A DNA stretch of 64,000 bases. It comes from Convolutriloba macropyga (lineage: Eukaryota). The stretch spans positions 25,854,001 to 25,918,000 of the forward strand of contig NC_134480.1 of NCBI RefSeq assembly GCF_964194025.1. The letters run 5' to 3'. The notes below the pieces were generated by a model. The model did no database searches. It was not told the DNA's origin and saw only the letters and a list, made by a program, of their open reading frames with translations. Shown piece by piece: positions 54,068-63,804 of the stretch. Position numbers and translations under genes: made by a program. Position 1 is the first letter of the stretch; each line of letters starts with the position of its first letter.

Positions 54068-54763
54068 TCAATCAAATAAGTCCATTAAAGAATTCTCAGG
54101 TAGCCGTTTCTTTGGTGCATTGCAAATCTTTGGCGTGTCCGTGACACCAAAAACACGTGCTGGTTCTGGTGTTTGAAACTGTGTAGCTGAAAGTAACGCT
54201 GTATCAAACTGGTTTTCACTGAGCAGAGCAGTAGAATTGTTCTTGTGAATTCCCGCAAAGAAAGATGGACTAGATGTCGGCGTCAAACTGGGACTCGGAT
54301 CAACTGCTGGTGTTACTGGCAAGCTGGCTGAATCCAATTGCGATTGATTTTCTGGGGAGCAAGATGCTGACTTTATGCCCCACATGTCAGCTAAGTTTTC
54401 GCAAGCTTGATAAGCCCCTAACTGGTTTTCAAACAGAGGCACACAGTCGCAATCGTAACGAAACAAAATTCGTTTAACGTCGTTAGGTAATGACTCCATG
54501 TCAAAATGTTGAAATGTTGGCAAAGCTTTTGGAGGTAAATGTCCCCCTGATGTAATAACACTGCATTCTGCTGGTTCTGTCTTCTCTGGTAAAGAAGCAA
54601 TTGCGTTAATGAAAAGCTTAGGTATCAAACAGTGCTGGTAAGTTTGCCAAACATCACCTTGTCTCTTCTGTTGAATCAGCACAACAAAGTTTTCGAACAC
54701 TGTCTGATAAACCAATGTTCGCTCGAAAGAAATAACAGATTCAGCAAGTATTTGAACTGACAT
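54068..54763 (-). CDS. Polinton accessory protein of unknown function (231 aa from ATG 54763)
   Basis: Intact ORF with a globular-looking N half and an S/T-P-rich tail ending APKKRL; AATAAA on the minus strand near 54000. Confidence 0.7.
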   Translation of the reverse strand: MSVQILAESVISFERTLVYQTVFENFVVLIQQKRQGDVWQTYQHCLIPKLFINAIASLPEKTEPAECSVITSGGHLPPKALPTFQHFDMESLPNDVKRILFRYDCDCVPLFENQLGAYQACENLADMWGIKSASCSPENQSQLDSASLPVTPAVDPSPSLTPTSSPSFFAGIHKNNSTALLSENQFDTALLSATQFQTPEPARVFGVTDTPKICNAPKKRLPENSLMDLFD

Positions 54764-55129
54764 AATTTTTTGCACAAATTTTAAGAAAGAAATTAAAACC
54801 AATTTGATAAAAGACTGTTGAAAAATAATGTTTGTCTGGTAACGAACTCTTGAAAGAAAGCAAAGTGCACTGAACGCAAGGTTTAAAGAAAATGAATACC
54901 TAGTTCGAAAGTTGTATTGTACAACGTGTAATTCAACAGTTTATGTCTGGGGTCATAATTGGTTTTAATTTTGGTAGTGTATATGCTCTGTTATATGCTC
55001 TAAGTAATTATACATGGGTTGATACAGTCTATAGTGTGTACTAACTCAATTCTTATCTAGAACGCATTTTATTATCAGCATTTCATTGTACACTGGTACA
55101 TGTTTAATCTTATCAAAATTTCCCTACTG

Positions 55130-55435
55130 CTGTAGGTTCACATGTGTTTCCAATTTTAATACACACCTAGGGTCACATCTGTTCCAAGATATAAACATAT
55201 GGACAATTCCAATAACCAATGTACACTACAAAGACGTCAAATACACACCTAGGGTCACATGTGTTCCAAGTTATAAACATATGGACAATTCCAATAAACA
55301 GTGTACACTGCACCGTTGGTCCAAGTACACACCTAGGGTCACATGTGTTCCAAGTTAAAAACATATGGTCCACATATTATAAACAGTGTACACTGCACTG
55401 CTGGTTCAAGTACACACCTAGCGTCACATATGTTT
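55130..55435. repeat. Tandem array of four 82-85 bp palindrome-rich units
   Basis: ACACACCTAGGGTCACAT core at 55161, 55243, 55327 and 55412 (last copy variant). Internal palindromes: CCTAGG, CACATGTG, CATATG, CAGTGTACACTG. Confidence 0.9.
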
Positions 55436-55489
55436 TTTGTCTTATCTAAGGTCACAGCTGAAGTTAATTATACAATACTTGAACAACAG

Positions 55490-55526
55490 ACAGACTCAAG
55501 TACGCCATAGGCGTACTTGAGACTGT
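55490..55526. other. Hairpin with a perfect 12-bp core stem and 3-nt loop
   Basis: ACAG-A-CTCAAGTACGCC-ATA-GGCGTACTTGAG-A-CTGT. Confidence 0.9.
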
Positions 55527-55652
55527 ATTCACAAATCATTTGGATTTAATTAGGCAGTTTGACGACACTTGTTTAATCCCAACTTGCCGCTCCCATTGAA
55601 TTGTACTTTTACACATTATAACACTTGAAAGTAATAAAACAAGTTGCACACT

Positions 55653-55970
55653 ATGCCTTTCACGTCCACTAAAGACACTGAGTTTGGAGATTGTTATTTC
55701 GATATTTCCAAAACTGATAAGCGCTTAATCAGGGCAACGCTGAAAACCTATGAAAGGACAGGGACATATGTATTTCTGAAATTGTTCAAAAAAGCAACAG
55801 ACGATTACGAGTTTGAACAGAGAATTTCGTTAACTCTTGGAGAATTTGAAAATTTGGTCAGTTCAGCTAGCAAAATAAAGAACTCAGTGGCTGATCAGCA
55901 GTCATGGCCAAAACCACTACCAGCGAAGAAACCAAAAATTCAAAAAGAAGTTGTCAACAACGATGGTTGA
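55653..55970 (+). CDS. Putative PC4-like single-stranded DNA-binding protein
   Basis: Beta-strand pattern ..TYVFLKLFKK..EQRISLTLGEFENL resembles the PC4 signature (GISL...QW..L); basic tail PAKKPK. Confidence 0.55.
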   Translation: MPFTSTKDTEFGDCYFDISKTDKRLIRATLKTYERTGTYVFLKLFKKATDDYEFEQRISLTLGEFENLVSSASKIKNSVADQQSWPKPLPAKKPKIQKEVVNNDG

Positions 55971-56624
55971 AGCGATGTTTGAGCGTTCTCCAAATTACTT
56001 TAAACAATTTCAGAAACAGTTCAAATTTCTCATTGTGGAAGAGAAACCTACCTTTTCTATTGGAAATTGTTATGCAGTGTGTGCACATTTTGATTCCGAA
56101 TTTTGCTATTTAGTACTTTTGAAAACGAAACATTGAAACGATTTCAAAGCTTTCCTGTGCCTTGTGTTTATACAGCTTTTAAGTTCCTGTTTTGGACTGC
56201 ACCAAGTTTGGAGACTAATGGAGATGTGTTTTCAAAGCTTAAATTAGCAATCGATTTCAACAGTTCTGCAGAAAATATTGATTCGCAGTCAGTGCGCAAA
56301 CGACTACCAGCTTTTGCTAACAACAACAACAATTTATCGAAAAACAGCTCTGCAAAACAAACAAATGTCAATCCCAAAACGAGTGCCAAGATGCCAGTAG
56401 TTGCCCAAAAGACTATCTACAATTGCCGGCCTCCATCAAAACAAATTCAAACTGATTTTGTTAATAGTGAAACTTTACGCAGAGTTGAAACAATTTTGTA
56501 TGGTCCTCATTCTGGTGCTTTTTGTCAAATTATGGATATTTTTTTGAGTGGATATGGAAAATTGAATATTGATTCTGATTTATTGAGTGTTCGCTTTGTG
56601 TATGAAGAAAAAGTAAAGTTTTGA
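55963..56624 (+). pseudogene. Polinton accessory gene of unknown function, one frameshift near 56120
   Basis: ORFs 55951-56136 and 56103-56624 overlap at a T/A run; the ATG at 55963 overlaps the end of the previous gene. Confidence 0.55.
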
Positions 56625-56656
56625 AAAAAAAAATTAAATTTTTCAAGTTAGTAAGA

Positions 56657-57091
56657 TTAGAACATCATATGAAAAGCAAAACGAATCAATTCATTATCGC
56701 TAATATTTACAAGTTTTTGAGCATTGAAAGCAAAATGAGCAATATAAATACAAAACAGTCCACAAAGTTTAGAGTTTGCACTTTGAATTGGTTGATTCTC
56801 CAAGAGTTGATAGATATTATGATTGTTGCCAACAGAAATGATTCTTTGATATAGGTGTTTGTACGATGAAATGGGCCGACCAAGGGGATCGGCAAACAGA
56901 AGTTGATTGTTCTTTCTGCATAAAAGTAACCAGTGGGTGCCAATATTTTCAGCAGTTGCTGCATTAACAATAAGGAAGCTGTTTCTGTTCATTTTTTCCG
57001 GAAAGTTGTTGGCCGCAAACACGCCATGAAATTTGTATTTAAGAGTTTTGCAGCCTTGTATTAAATCATTAATATCATCTTCATCCATCAT
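56657..57091 (-). CDS. Adenain-like cysteine maturation protease (PRO)
   Basis: GTHW, FADPLG and QPIQS..SKLCGLFC supply His, Asp, Gln and Cys in adenain order. Confidence 0.93.
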   Translation of the reverse strand: MMDEDDINDLIQGCKTLKYKFHGVFAANNFPEKMNRNSFLIVNAATAENIGTHWLLLCRKNNQLLFADPLGRPISSYKHLYQRIISVGNNHNIYQLLENQPIQSANSKLCGLFCIYIAHFAFNAQKLVNISDNELIRFAFHMMF

Positions 57092-58396
57092 TAATTTGTC
57101 AGAATGTGATTCTTTGATACTCTTCTTGCACTATCAACAAAAATTGTGCTCGCTTTTTCGCCAATAATGAAAATCTCTATATTGTTCGGTAGGGCCGCAG
57201 AAAATTTCAACTCAATAGAAATTGACGAATTTGTAAGCTCAGGGTGAATAAAATCATGGGATGCTTGTTGGGTACTGGTCAAATCAAAAACCATTATGAA
57301 ATGGTTCGGGTATTCTGTCAAACTTATTCCATGTCCATTGTCGATGTAAGCTAAATCCGATATTGTATTAAAGTAGAGACGTTTGTCATCACTTGTTGAT
57401 ACTGTCTGCCACAGGTAAACCGTTTCGGTAAATATAAATCTGCTCAAGGTCGAAATTGCGGAAATTAAATGGATTTTGTCTGTTGTTACCAAGAAACGCT
57501 TCGTTGGTGTTCAGACAAATTGCTAGTCTACGAATCGGTTCTCTGGCAAAAATATCTTCTTGTTTCCAACTGTGGAGACCCGTTGATGCCAGAAATGTTT
57601 TTGTTAGAGTCTCCAAGTAGAGATACGAAGCTGGACTTGTTAACAAAGTCTTTTCTATAGCCGATACGACATCATCGTTCAATGTCATCTTGCGCACATA
57701 TAAATTAGCTTCGACAATTTTTACTTTGTAGTGCTTGGCTGCATCGTCAGACATTATAAAAAAATCATCTATTGACCGTCTAAACGCAATGCGAAGTGTG
57801 ACACCACTTAGCAAATGTCTGTCACAAGTGAAAAAGTCAACTGCAACTTTACCGTAAAATGTGCACTCAGCCGATTGCCTCACTAGGGCTTTCCTTCTGT
57901 TTACTTCTACAGTTGACAACGCTCCTGGATTTTCTTCGTAGGAATAGCCCTGACATGCCAACCAGGTGTTTTTTGCATCTTTGTCATGTGAAAATTCTGT
58001 TTCAATAAAACTTTTATGAGCATAGTTTCCGTTAGCGTTTAAAATTTTTAGTCCATTAGCAGACACTGTACAGTCAGAGAAGAGTGAATGTAAAACATTA
58101 TTGCAAAAATAGGGAGCATCTGTCTTCGTAACATCTGTTGCTGCTCCTGCGTCATATCTCAAATCAGCTTCTGATAACTGGACAATTTTACATTTCACTT
58201 CCAAGAAAATTTTCTGTAAGTCAATAAAATTATTTCGGTCACCGGCGACTTCAAATTCTAACATGGGTCCATTTGGACTGTAGACTGGGCCCAACTTTTG
58301 ACAAAAACTACCATCGAAAGTTACTAAGAGAGAAGGTTTTTCGAACAAATCCAAAGAACTGTGAGTTGCCTCTGATGGTAACAAATTAGCGATCAT
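57091..58396 (-). pseudogene. Major capsid protein (double jelly-roll, PY); frameshift near 57400
   Basis: SSLDLF, NFIDLQKIFLEVK, NNVLHSLFS, NYAHKSFIET, NPFNF and FDLT motifs typical of Polinton MCP; about 430 aa when joined. Confidence 0.9.
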
Positions 58397-58809
58397 CGTT
58401 CACTCTGGCAAAAAAATCTGACCGACTTCTTTTTGGAGCTCTGTGCGTTGAAATGGTTTTTTTTGCGTTTGTTGATTGCTTTCTGTGGCTTGACTCGTAT
58501 TGAATTCCTCCGACGTGAAGTATTTCGTCGAGATCCCCCTGTCTGTTTTTTGACAGTTTTTGAGATTGTATTTTTAAACGCCTGTTTAGGAGATTTTTTG
58601 CTTCCGACTACATCCAAAATCTCTGGAACACTTTGTTTCAATAGCTCTTTCCCGATACGCTTCGCTGTAGGCAAAATGAAACGACGTGCTAAAGGTAGCG
58701 CAACACGTCCAATGCCTGCAGCTAGAGCTCCAAAACCACTTCCTCTTTGACGATAATGTCCAGAGAAGTGAGGCAAAGACGTTGCTTGATTGGCATAATA
58801 AGAATCCAT
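58393..58809 (-). CDS. Basic virion core-like protein with QRGSG / QTGG candidate adenain sites (copy 1)
   Basis: QRGSGFG then an amphipathic helix, QTGG|SRR, and an Arg/Lys-rich tail; sits between mCP and MCP as in Polintons. The tail is probably frameshifted. Confidence 0.75.
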   Translation of the reverse strand: MDSYYANQATSLPHFSGHYRQRGSGFGALAAGIGRVALPLARRFILPTAKRIGKELLKQSVPEILDVVGSKKSPKQAFKNTISKTVKKQTGGSRRNTSRRRNSIRVKPQKAINKRKKNHFNAQSSKKKSVRFFCQSER

Positions 58810-58810
58810 T

Positions 58811-59233
58811 TTAAGGGGGAAACTTTTTGAATTGTAGTGTTAGAATAACTTTTCCAGTTCCCGAAAAGGGAACTAATTGTCCTGTTTCCGTTCTCAGTTC
58901 GATTGAAATCGATTGAATTGTGTTAGTTAGGAGCTTCTTATAGTCTAAATTTGTAAAAACTATCCTATGAGTGGGTTCCAGCTCACAAACACTACCGTTT
59001 TTCAGACGTTGTTTTGAATCAATGACTCGCAAACTAGAAGCCTTAGTGTCACCGACGTATTGGTATTCAATTATGTTGGTGTAGATGAAAATTAGATGTT
59101 TTCCAGCACAAAGGTCAGCTGGGAACTCCCCATAATAAGCTTTCGTATCATCACTTTTCATAAACCTGTTCGCATTGGGAATCATTTTGTACCCAATGTG
59201 TATTCCATTGCCGTCAGGAATACCCTTAAATCC
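58811..59233 (-). pseudogene. 3' fragment of the minor capsid gene (duplicate)
   Basis: Nearly identical to 60055-60477. Confidence 0.9.
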
Positions 59234-59640
59234 TTAAATTCTGTTTCAATAAAACTTTTATGAGCATAGTTTCCGTTAGCGTTTAAAATTTTTAGTCCAT
59301 TAGCAGACACTGTACAGTCAGAGAAGAGTGAATGTAAAACATTATTGCAAAAATAGGGAGCATCTGTCTTCGTAACATCTGTTGCTGCTCCTGCGTCATA
59401 TCTCAAATCAGCTTCTGATAACTGGACAATTTTACATTTCACTTCCAAGAAAATTTTCTGTAAGTCAATAAAATTATTTCGGTCACCGGCGACTTCAAAT
59501 TCTAACATGGGTCCATTTGGACTGTAGACTGGGCCCAACTTTTGACAAAAACTACCATCGAAAGTTACTAAGAGAGAAGGTTTTTCGAACAAATCCAAAG
59601 AACTGTGAGTTGCCTCTGATGGTAACAAATTAGCGATCAT
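59182..59640 (-). pseudogene. Truncated 5' fragment of the major capsid gene (duplicate)
   Basis: Identical to the MCP N-terminus up to ..FIETEF, then runs out of frame across the duplication junction. Confidence 0.9.
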
Positions 59641-60053
59641 CGTTCACTCTGGCAAAAAAATCTGACCGACTTCTTTTTGGAGCTCTGTGCGTTGAAATGG
59701 TTTTTTTTGCGTTTGTTGATTGCTTTCTGTGGCTTGACTCGTATTGAATTCCTCCGACGTGAAGTATTTCGTCGAGATCCCCCTGTCTGTTTTTTGACAG
59801 TTTTTGAGATTGTATTTTTAAACGCCTGTTTAGGAGATTTTTTGCTTCCGACTACATCCAAAATCTCTGGAACACTTTGTTTCAATAGCTCTTTCCCGAT
59901 ACGCTTCGCTGTAGGCAAAATGAAACGACGTGCTAAAGGTAGCGCAACACGTCCAATGCCTGCAGCTAGAGCTCCAAAACCACTTCCTCTTTGACGATAA
60001 TGTCCAGAGAAGTGAGGCAAAGACGTTGCTTGATTGGCATAATAAGAATCCAT
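59637..60053 (-). CDS. Basic virion core-like protein (copy 2)
   Basis: Protein identical to 58393-58809. Confidence 0.75.
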   Translation of the reverse strand: MDSYYANQATSLPHFSGHYRQRGSGFGALAAGIGRVALPLARRFILPTAKRIGKELLKQSVPEILDVVGSKKSPKQAFKNTISKTVKKQTGGSRRNTSRRRNSIRVKPQKAINKRKKNHFNAQSSKKKSVRFFCQSER

Positions 60054-60054
60054 T

Positions 60055-60963
60055 TTAAGGGGGAAATTTTTTGAATTGTAGTGTTAGAATAACTTTTCCA
60101 GTTCCCGAAAAGGGAACTAATTGTCCTGTTTCCGTTCTCAGTTCGATTGAAATTGATTGAATTGTGTTAGTTAGGAGCTTCTTATAGTCTAAATTTGTAG
60201 AAACTATCCTATGAGTGGGTTCAAGCTCACAAACACTACCGTTTTTCAGACGTTGTTTTGAATCAATGACTCGCAAACTAGAAGCCTTAGTGTCACCGAC
60301 GTATTGGTATTCAATTATGTTGGTGTAGATGAAAATTAGATGTTTTCCAGCACAAAGGTCAGCTGGGAACTCCCCATAATAAGCTTTCGTATCATCACTT
60401 TTCATAAACCTGTTCGCATTGGGAATCATTTTGTACCCAATGTGTATTCCATTGCCGTCAGGAATACCCTTAAATCCAATAATGCTGGGAATTTCTTCGC
60501 TGGGAAACGTAGTTCCCTCATACTTGCCAAATAACATTTCATATTTCCCAGAGCTCTTCAACTCTCTGAATGAAAAATGGGGCAGGCCAATTGTGCGCTT
60601 AATTGTAGCAAGAAGTTGAGCCACTGTATCAAAGGATCCTGGCATAAAACTAAATTGTTGTCCACTATAAGGTCTAGAAATAACATTGGCTCCCGAAGAA
60701 ATCTTTAGGGAATCTTCAAAGTCTTTTAAGTTGTACGCAATTAGATTTCCGTTTACTATGTTTTCTATTTTGGTTGGGAATATGATTTCACTTAGCGCCA
60801 CTCTCCAATCACCTGCAAGTTGAATTTCATCATTGAAAAAATTCCGAAATGATGCAAGTGTATTTGTATCAAATATTTCCATTGAAGCTGATGAAACAAC
60901 GTGAACTGTAAACTCGTCTTCAAACCGGTTGTTGGACATTTTATACAAGAGGGAGCCTGACAA
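60055..60963 (-). CDS. Minor capsid protein (penton-like, PX)
   Basis: F.V.V.S.AS...F..NT...F, WRVALSEI, IFIYTNIIE.Q.VGD, ISIELR...G..VPF and LTLQFKK are typical of Polinton mCP. Likely start is ATG 60939. Confidence 0.88.
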   Translation of the reverse strand: MSGSLLYKMSNNRFEDEFTVHVVSSASMEIFDTNTLASFRNFFNDEIQLAGDWRVALSEIIFPTKIENIVNGNLIAYNLKDFEDSLKISSGANVISRPYSGQQFSFMPGSFDTVAQLLATIKRTIGLPHFSFRELKSSGKYEMLFGKYEGTTFPSEEIPSIIGFKGIPDGNGIHIGYKMIPNANRFMKSDDTKAYYGEFPADLCAGKHLIFIYTNIIEYQYVGDTKASSLRVIDSKQRLKNGSVCELEPTHRIVSTNLDYKKLLTNTIQSISIELRTETGQLVPFSGTGKVILTLQFKKFPP

Positions 60964-61837
60964 GTTGTAATTCTAGTTGGTAAAATTTTCCTTGAATTGG
61001 TTCCTTGTCTGCGTCGGCTAAGGTGTACGTTGGTGGGCTTAATGTCGGTATTCCCGTTATTTCAAAGACTTCGTCTGTGAATGGTTGCATATAACTTTTC
61101 CTGAATGCTTTATCTTTTTTAACTACTCTCACAAAGTCTCCAATGTAAAACTTGGGCTTCTGAGTTGAGCTTGTTTGTGCTGCCAATGACACTAGTCGTG
61201 GCACATCCGTTTTTGTAACTTTGTTAGGAGCAATTTCTGTTATTCGATTGACTCTTGAATTGATTGTTTTCACAAATTGGTCTAATTGGTCAATGTAGCT
61301 ATAGGTCCACTTTTCTTCAAGATACCGATGAATTATCTTTTTGAGGGATCTAATGTTCCTCTCTGCAAAAGCTGACCTTTTTTCGCTAAAGGTACTATAT
61401 AAATGAATTCCACGTTTAGTACACAATTGTTTGAATGCTCCAAGAAATTCTGTACCATCGTCAACCCATACTTTTTCGGGTTGTTTGTTTTTGATCATCT
61501 TTTTGAATGCTTCAGCTGCTTCGGTTGCGTACTTTGTTTTCATTGGTTCCACTCGTAAATATCTTGACAAACAATCAACCGCTACTAGAAGATACTTTAT
61601 ATTGCGGTTATACTTTGCCAGTTTATCAACGTGTGCCTAATCCAGAGACCAAATTTCGTTGATGTCTTTTACAAAAACTTTAAGCCTGGGAAATTTTAAT
61701 CGAATTGAACGGTACTTTGTGAAAGATGGCTTTGTCTCCAAATAGGACTGAGTTTTACCCAGAGGGAGCTTGCTTTGCGTCTGTAACCGCTTTATGCTTC
61801 CATACGATGCTGGTCCTTTTAAATAAAACTGATCCAA
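60941..61837 (-). pseudogene. int: RVE-family (retroviral-like) integrase, in-frame TAG at 61637-61639
   Basis: EIWSLD*..YLLVAVDCLSRY..VWVDDGTEF..AERNIRSLK supplies D-D-E; SH3-like C-terminus FYIGDFVRV..GKFY..EL. Confidence 0.93.
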
Positions 61838-61848
61838 TTTTTTTTACT

Positions 61849-62591
61849 TCAGGAAAAGAAAGACCACATCTTCTGACTGGTCCCTTCTTGGTCTGTCGTT
61901 TGGTCCGGTTCTTCTTTATATCTTTTTTGAGTTGGTTTTGAGCCACTGTGTTGTTCTCTACTAGAGGAGAGCTCTTGCCGACTGGGTTGTTCTCTACTTG
62001 GGGAAAACTCTTGTTCACTTTCAGACGAGGCTTCCAAGATTTGCTTGGCATGTGTATTTGCAACAAGATGAGGTGATATATTAAGGGCAATTAAAATTTT
62101 TGAGTATTTTGCAATGTCAATTTTTTTAGTTGGTTGCTGCAGATTGTACAGAAATGTTGAAGCTTTAATGCCCAGTCTTTCTTTATTTACGTGAAGAACG
62201 TCGTTCGACTCGACAGTTACTGTTTCAGATTGGTTAACCAAGTCAAGTATGATTTTTGATCTTTTGATTTGGTTTTTATTCATAAAATCTAGCTCTAACA
62301 AAATGGAGTCGAAATCTTTGCTTTTTTGTTTTTTCACTACCGGTTCAATCTCGCTGTCTTCGCTCATGGGTTCTGTTTTTTCCTCTTCTGCTGTTTCAAT
62401 CATTTTGTCTGCAGTCTCAACTGGTTCAACTGCTATCTCTGGTGTTTCCATTGAGTTCGACTGGTTTCTTTGTAATAGAGACAATTGTGCAGCTTTCTGT
62501 TTATAAAGGGGATTGTCCAAAACTTTTTTTTTACCGGTTGATGTGAAGCAAACATTCGTTTTGGAATTAAAATGAATTCTTCGGTGTGCAT
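61849..62591 (-). pseudogene. Polinton gene of unknown function; frameshift in an A run near 62530
   Basis: ATG 62591 (MHTEEFILIPK) overlaps the upstream stop (TAATG) and joins ORF 61849-62520 after a one-base shift. Confidence 0.6.
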
Positions 62592-62869
62592 TACGATTTT
62601 GTCAAATAACGATAACAAGCGAAACCAACAGTTTTGACCAAATCTGTTTCTCTAGCAAAAAGTTGCCTGTTTTCTTTCAAACTTGTTTGTCTAGACAATA
62701 GTTTTCTGAATTATTTTTCATAACCTTGCACAAAACTTTTTCTTATTGGAACATTACCATTGACAATGTTGAGCAAACATTCGCAAAGGAATTTAATGAA
62801 ATGATTTGGAGCTCTTTCGATCTTCTCTTTTAGTTTTGTATCCGATATGTTTAGCAGCCGCCCCAGCAT
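62591..62869 (-). pseudogene. Small Polinton gene with LCECLLNIVNGNVP motif (not in ORF track); frameshift near 62710
   Basis: My translation: MLGRLLNISDTKLKEKIERAPNHFIKFLCECLLNIVNGNVPIRK.. I recall this motif from the small gene that follows the ATPase in Polintons. Confidence 0.6.
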
Positions 62870-63532
62870 ACAAACTTCTTTCTCTCTCATCGCTTAAGCT
62901 TGTAATAACGGCTTTAGCTGATGGCAGATAAAAAATTGATGGTCCTGGAGGAACAATATTTGAACAGTACCGCAAGACGTCTGATGTTTTGGGATCCAAA
63001 TCAATTAATAAATGACCAAACGGTTCTTTGGTTGCCAGCTCATAGCTTTCTTTTAAAAATTGAGAGTTATTCAACTGTCTCTCAATAAAAGTAATCTGTT
63101 GTGTGTCACGTGGTGATTTAAACAATATGATATGTGTTGTATTTAGATCAATTGTTCTGGACCATCTGCTTTGCTGGAACAAATTGTGTTTAACATAAAT
63201 TACACTGATGTTTCTGTGTCGCCCTGCGGTTGCTAATTTTGAAAATTCTTTGTCATTAAAAATTTCTTCACATGAGTCATCGAACACAAGGAGGCAGTTG
63301 TCTAACTCTGAAATGAGTTCAAAATTAGAGAATTTTTTAAAATGTATGTTCAATTTCTTCTCTATCGATTGGAATTTGGCTGATAGTGCTGATAAAAATA
63401 ATAAATTGTTTGAAATTCTGGGAAAAAAGTGCCAACTAATAACATTTTGAAAATGAGCTCAGTTTTCCCGCAACAAGATGGCCCGCAAACAGCCATGAAC
63501 AACCGGTCAGTGGTGGAAATAATTTTATTCAT
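62793..63532 (-). pseudogene. A32/FtsK-HerA-like genome packaging ATPase; frameshift near 63375
   Basis: Walker A GPSCCGKT, Walker B LLVFDD, GRHRNISVIYVKHNLF, NTTHIILFKSPRD. Confidence 0.93.
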
Positions 63533-63804
63533 AACTTTGGATTTGGAAGAGCGTATCCAACTGTACAGGAGAGAAGTGAAAACCAAAATGTGGATTCTTC
63601 ACAGTCGAGACTGAAAAAAACCAACTTGGCGAGAGACACAGTTATAAGAAAAATTATTATTAAGATTTGTGTAAAGTATACAACCTCTGATCGAGGCAAT
63701 CTCGAATTGCAAAACCTCCAAGATCGTCTTTCTTGGTGGTCAGCGTCAAAAACCATGTCAGTTATGCCTCCGCCCGAATCTAGTTGATCTTCGGTTTGAC
63801 TCAT
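63529..63804 (-). CDS. Small two-transmembrane-helix protein upstream of the ATPase
   Basis: Hydrophobic segments VVYFTQILIIIFLITVSLAKL and FWFSLLSCTVGYALP; its stop overlaps the ATPase ATG (ATGA). Confidence 0.75.
   Translation of the reverse strand: MSQTEDQLDSGGGITDMVFDADHQERRSWRFCNSRLPRSEVVYFTQILIIIFLITVSLAKLVFFSLDCEESTFWFSLLSCTVGYALPNPKL

Larger units (their letters stand above)
57992..60477. repeat. 1244-bp-period tandem duplication within the Polinton
   Basis: 57992-59233 matches 59236-60477; junction sequence CCTTAAAT CCTTAAAT T. Confidence 0.95.

Noticed and set aside
55130-55435. CRISPR-like repeat-spacer appearance
   Set aside because: The would-be spacers are homologous to one another, there are no cas genes, and the context is eukaryotic; it is a tandem array.
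58433-59994. Plus-strand 105-aa ORFs and other antisense ORFs over Polinton and host exons
   Set aside because: Shadows of the real opposite-strand genes.
63590-63615. LxCxE (LDCEE) Rb-binding motif in the small TM protein
   Set aside because: It lies in a short loop between two predicted TM helices, so it is likely coincidental.
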